This document shows, piece after piece, positions 35,431 to 36,095 of a DNA stretch of 36,095 nt. A model generated the notes under the pieces. The model ran no database searches and was not told the origin of the DNA. It saw only the letters and a program-made list of their open reading frames with translations. Position 1 is the first letter of the stretch; each line of letters starts with the position of its first letter. This stretch comes from Octopus bimaculoides (taxonomy: Eukaryota), in NCBI RefSeq assembly GCF_001194135.2, contig NC_068993.1, positions 17,534,823-17,570,917 on the forward strand, written 5' to 3'. A program made the translations under genes and the position numbers.

Positions 35431-35931
35431 TTAACCCTTTAGTACATTGGTTCTCAGCTGGGGTCTGTGTGATCCTTGGGGGTCCATATGGCCATTGTGG
35501 ATCCATATGGCCATTGTGGACCCATATAAGATTTTGTTCTTAAAATATATGCACAATGAATTGGTTCTACTTCTACAATACACAAAATATTTTAATAATT
35601 CTTTTATGCAGCTCTTAATATTTAATTATAAAAATATAGCATGATTTTTTAAACATTGAATAGCTAGGAGGGTCCATCCAAGTAAAATAGGAATCAAAAG
35701 GATCTATAGGTAAAAAAAAAATGGTTGAGAAACACTACTAAAGAATTTAAACTGGCCTTATACAGCCCAAATATTCTACTTGTTTTGTATTTCAAACTGG
35801 CTTTATCTGACCTGACACATTTAGCCTGCAATGTCATTCTAAAAATAAACATGTCATCAAAATCTCGAAGCTACAATAGAATGCATGCTTAATTCAAAAC
35901 AATGGGAATAATCTGGATGCTAGAGGGTTAA
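35431..35931. mobile_element. TTAA-flanked MITE (same family as 5488-5699, opposite orientation), interrupted by a hAT MITE
   Basis: TTAA|CCCTTTAG at 35431 and CTAGAGGG|TTAA at 35931; the body matches the reverse complement of 5488-5699. Confidence 0.75.
35445..35737. mobile_element. hAT/Charlie-like MITE
   Basis: TIRs CATTGGTTCTCAG / TTGAGAAACACTA (cf. CAGTGGTTCTCAA type); diverged 8-bp TSD CTTTAGTA / CTAAAGAA; internal 19-bp tandem TCCATATGGCCATTGTGGA x2. Confidence 0.7.
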
Positions 35932-36095
35932 GGATGAGAGTGTTGAGAAAGAATCCTTGTTTGCTCTGGTGATATACATGGGCACCTAAAATTTCTTTGC
36001 AAAAGGAGCATGGTACATGCTGTTACTAACTTGTATTTGATAGTGAATAATGACCAGATATTGTTACAATATTTTATATATATATATATATATAT

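Noticed and set aside
1-36095. CRISPR arrays, operons, rRNA or prokaryotic defence systems
   Set aside because: No repeat-spacer structure or prokaryotic gene density; the window is intron-like animal DNA.

Overview
AT-rich eukaryotic scaffold with N gaps, dense microsatellites and many transposon relics. The repeat families (tRNA-derived SINEs, RTE LINE tails ending in (CAT)n/(AAC)n, Penelope-like GIY-YIG elements, TTAA MITEs) resemble cephalopod (Octopus-like) DNA; this is inferred from recollection, not a search. One clear host coding exon is present: + strand 29370-29477, LYPTGLMSQHIKEWQLGTVAEFKGPFGSFSENLLKK, from a cytochrome-b5-reductase-like gene (CYB5RL). No other exon of that gene was found, so much of the window may be intronic. 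The most unusual signal is a compact minus-strand cluster of five short candidate exons (14-68 nt, including 14- and 15-nt microexons) at 19432-20233. It has five consecutive strong donors and could encode a 27-aa transmembrane micropeptide, a signal peptide, or a Gly-Tyr-Pro-rich tail. The window also holds nested or rearranged transposons and several long inverted repeats. Most ORFs in the supplied track are microsatellite, N-gap or TE-antisense artefacts. Repeat boundaries were read by eye and are approximate unless a TSD or TIR is quoted.
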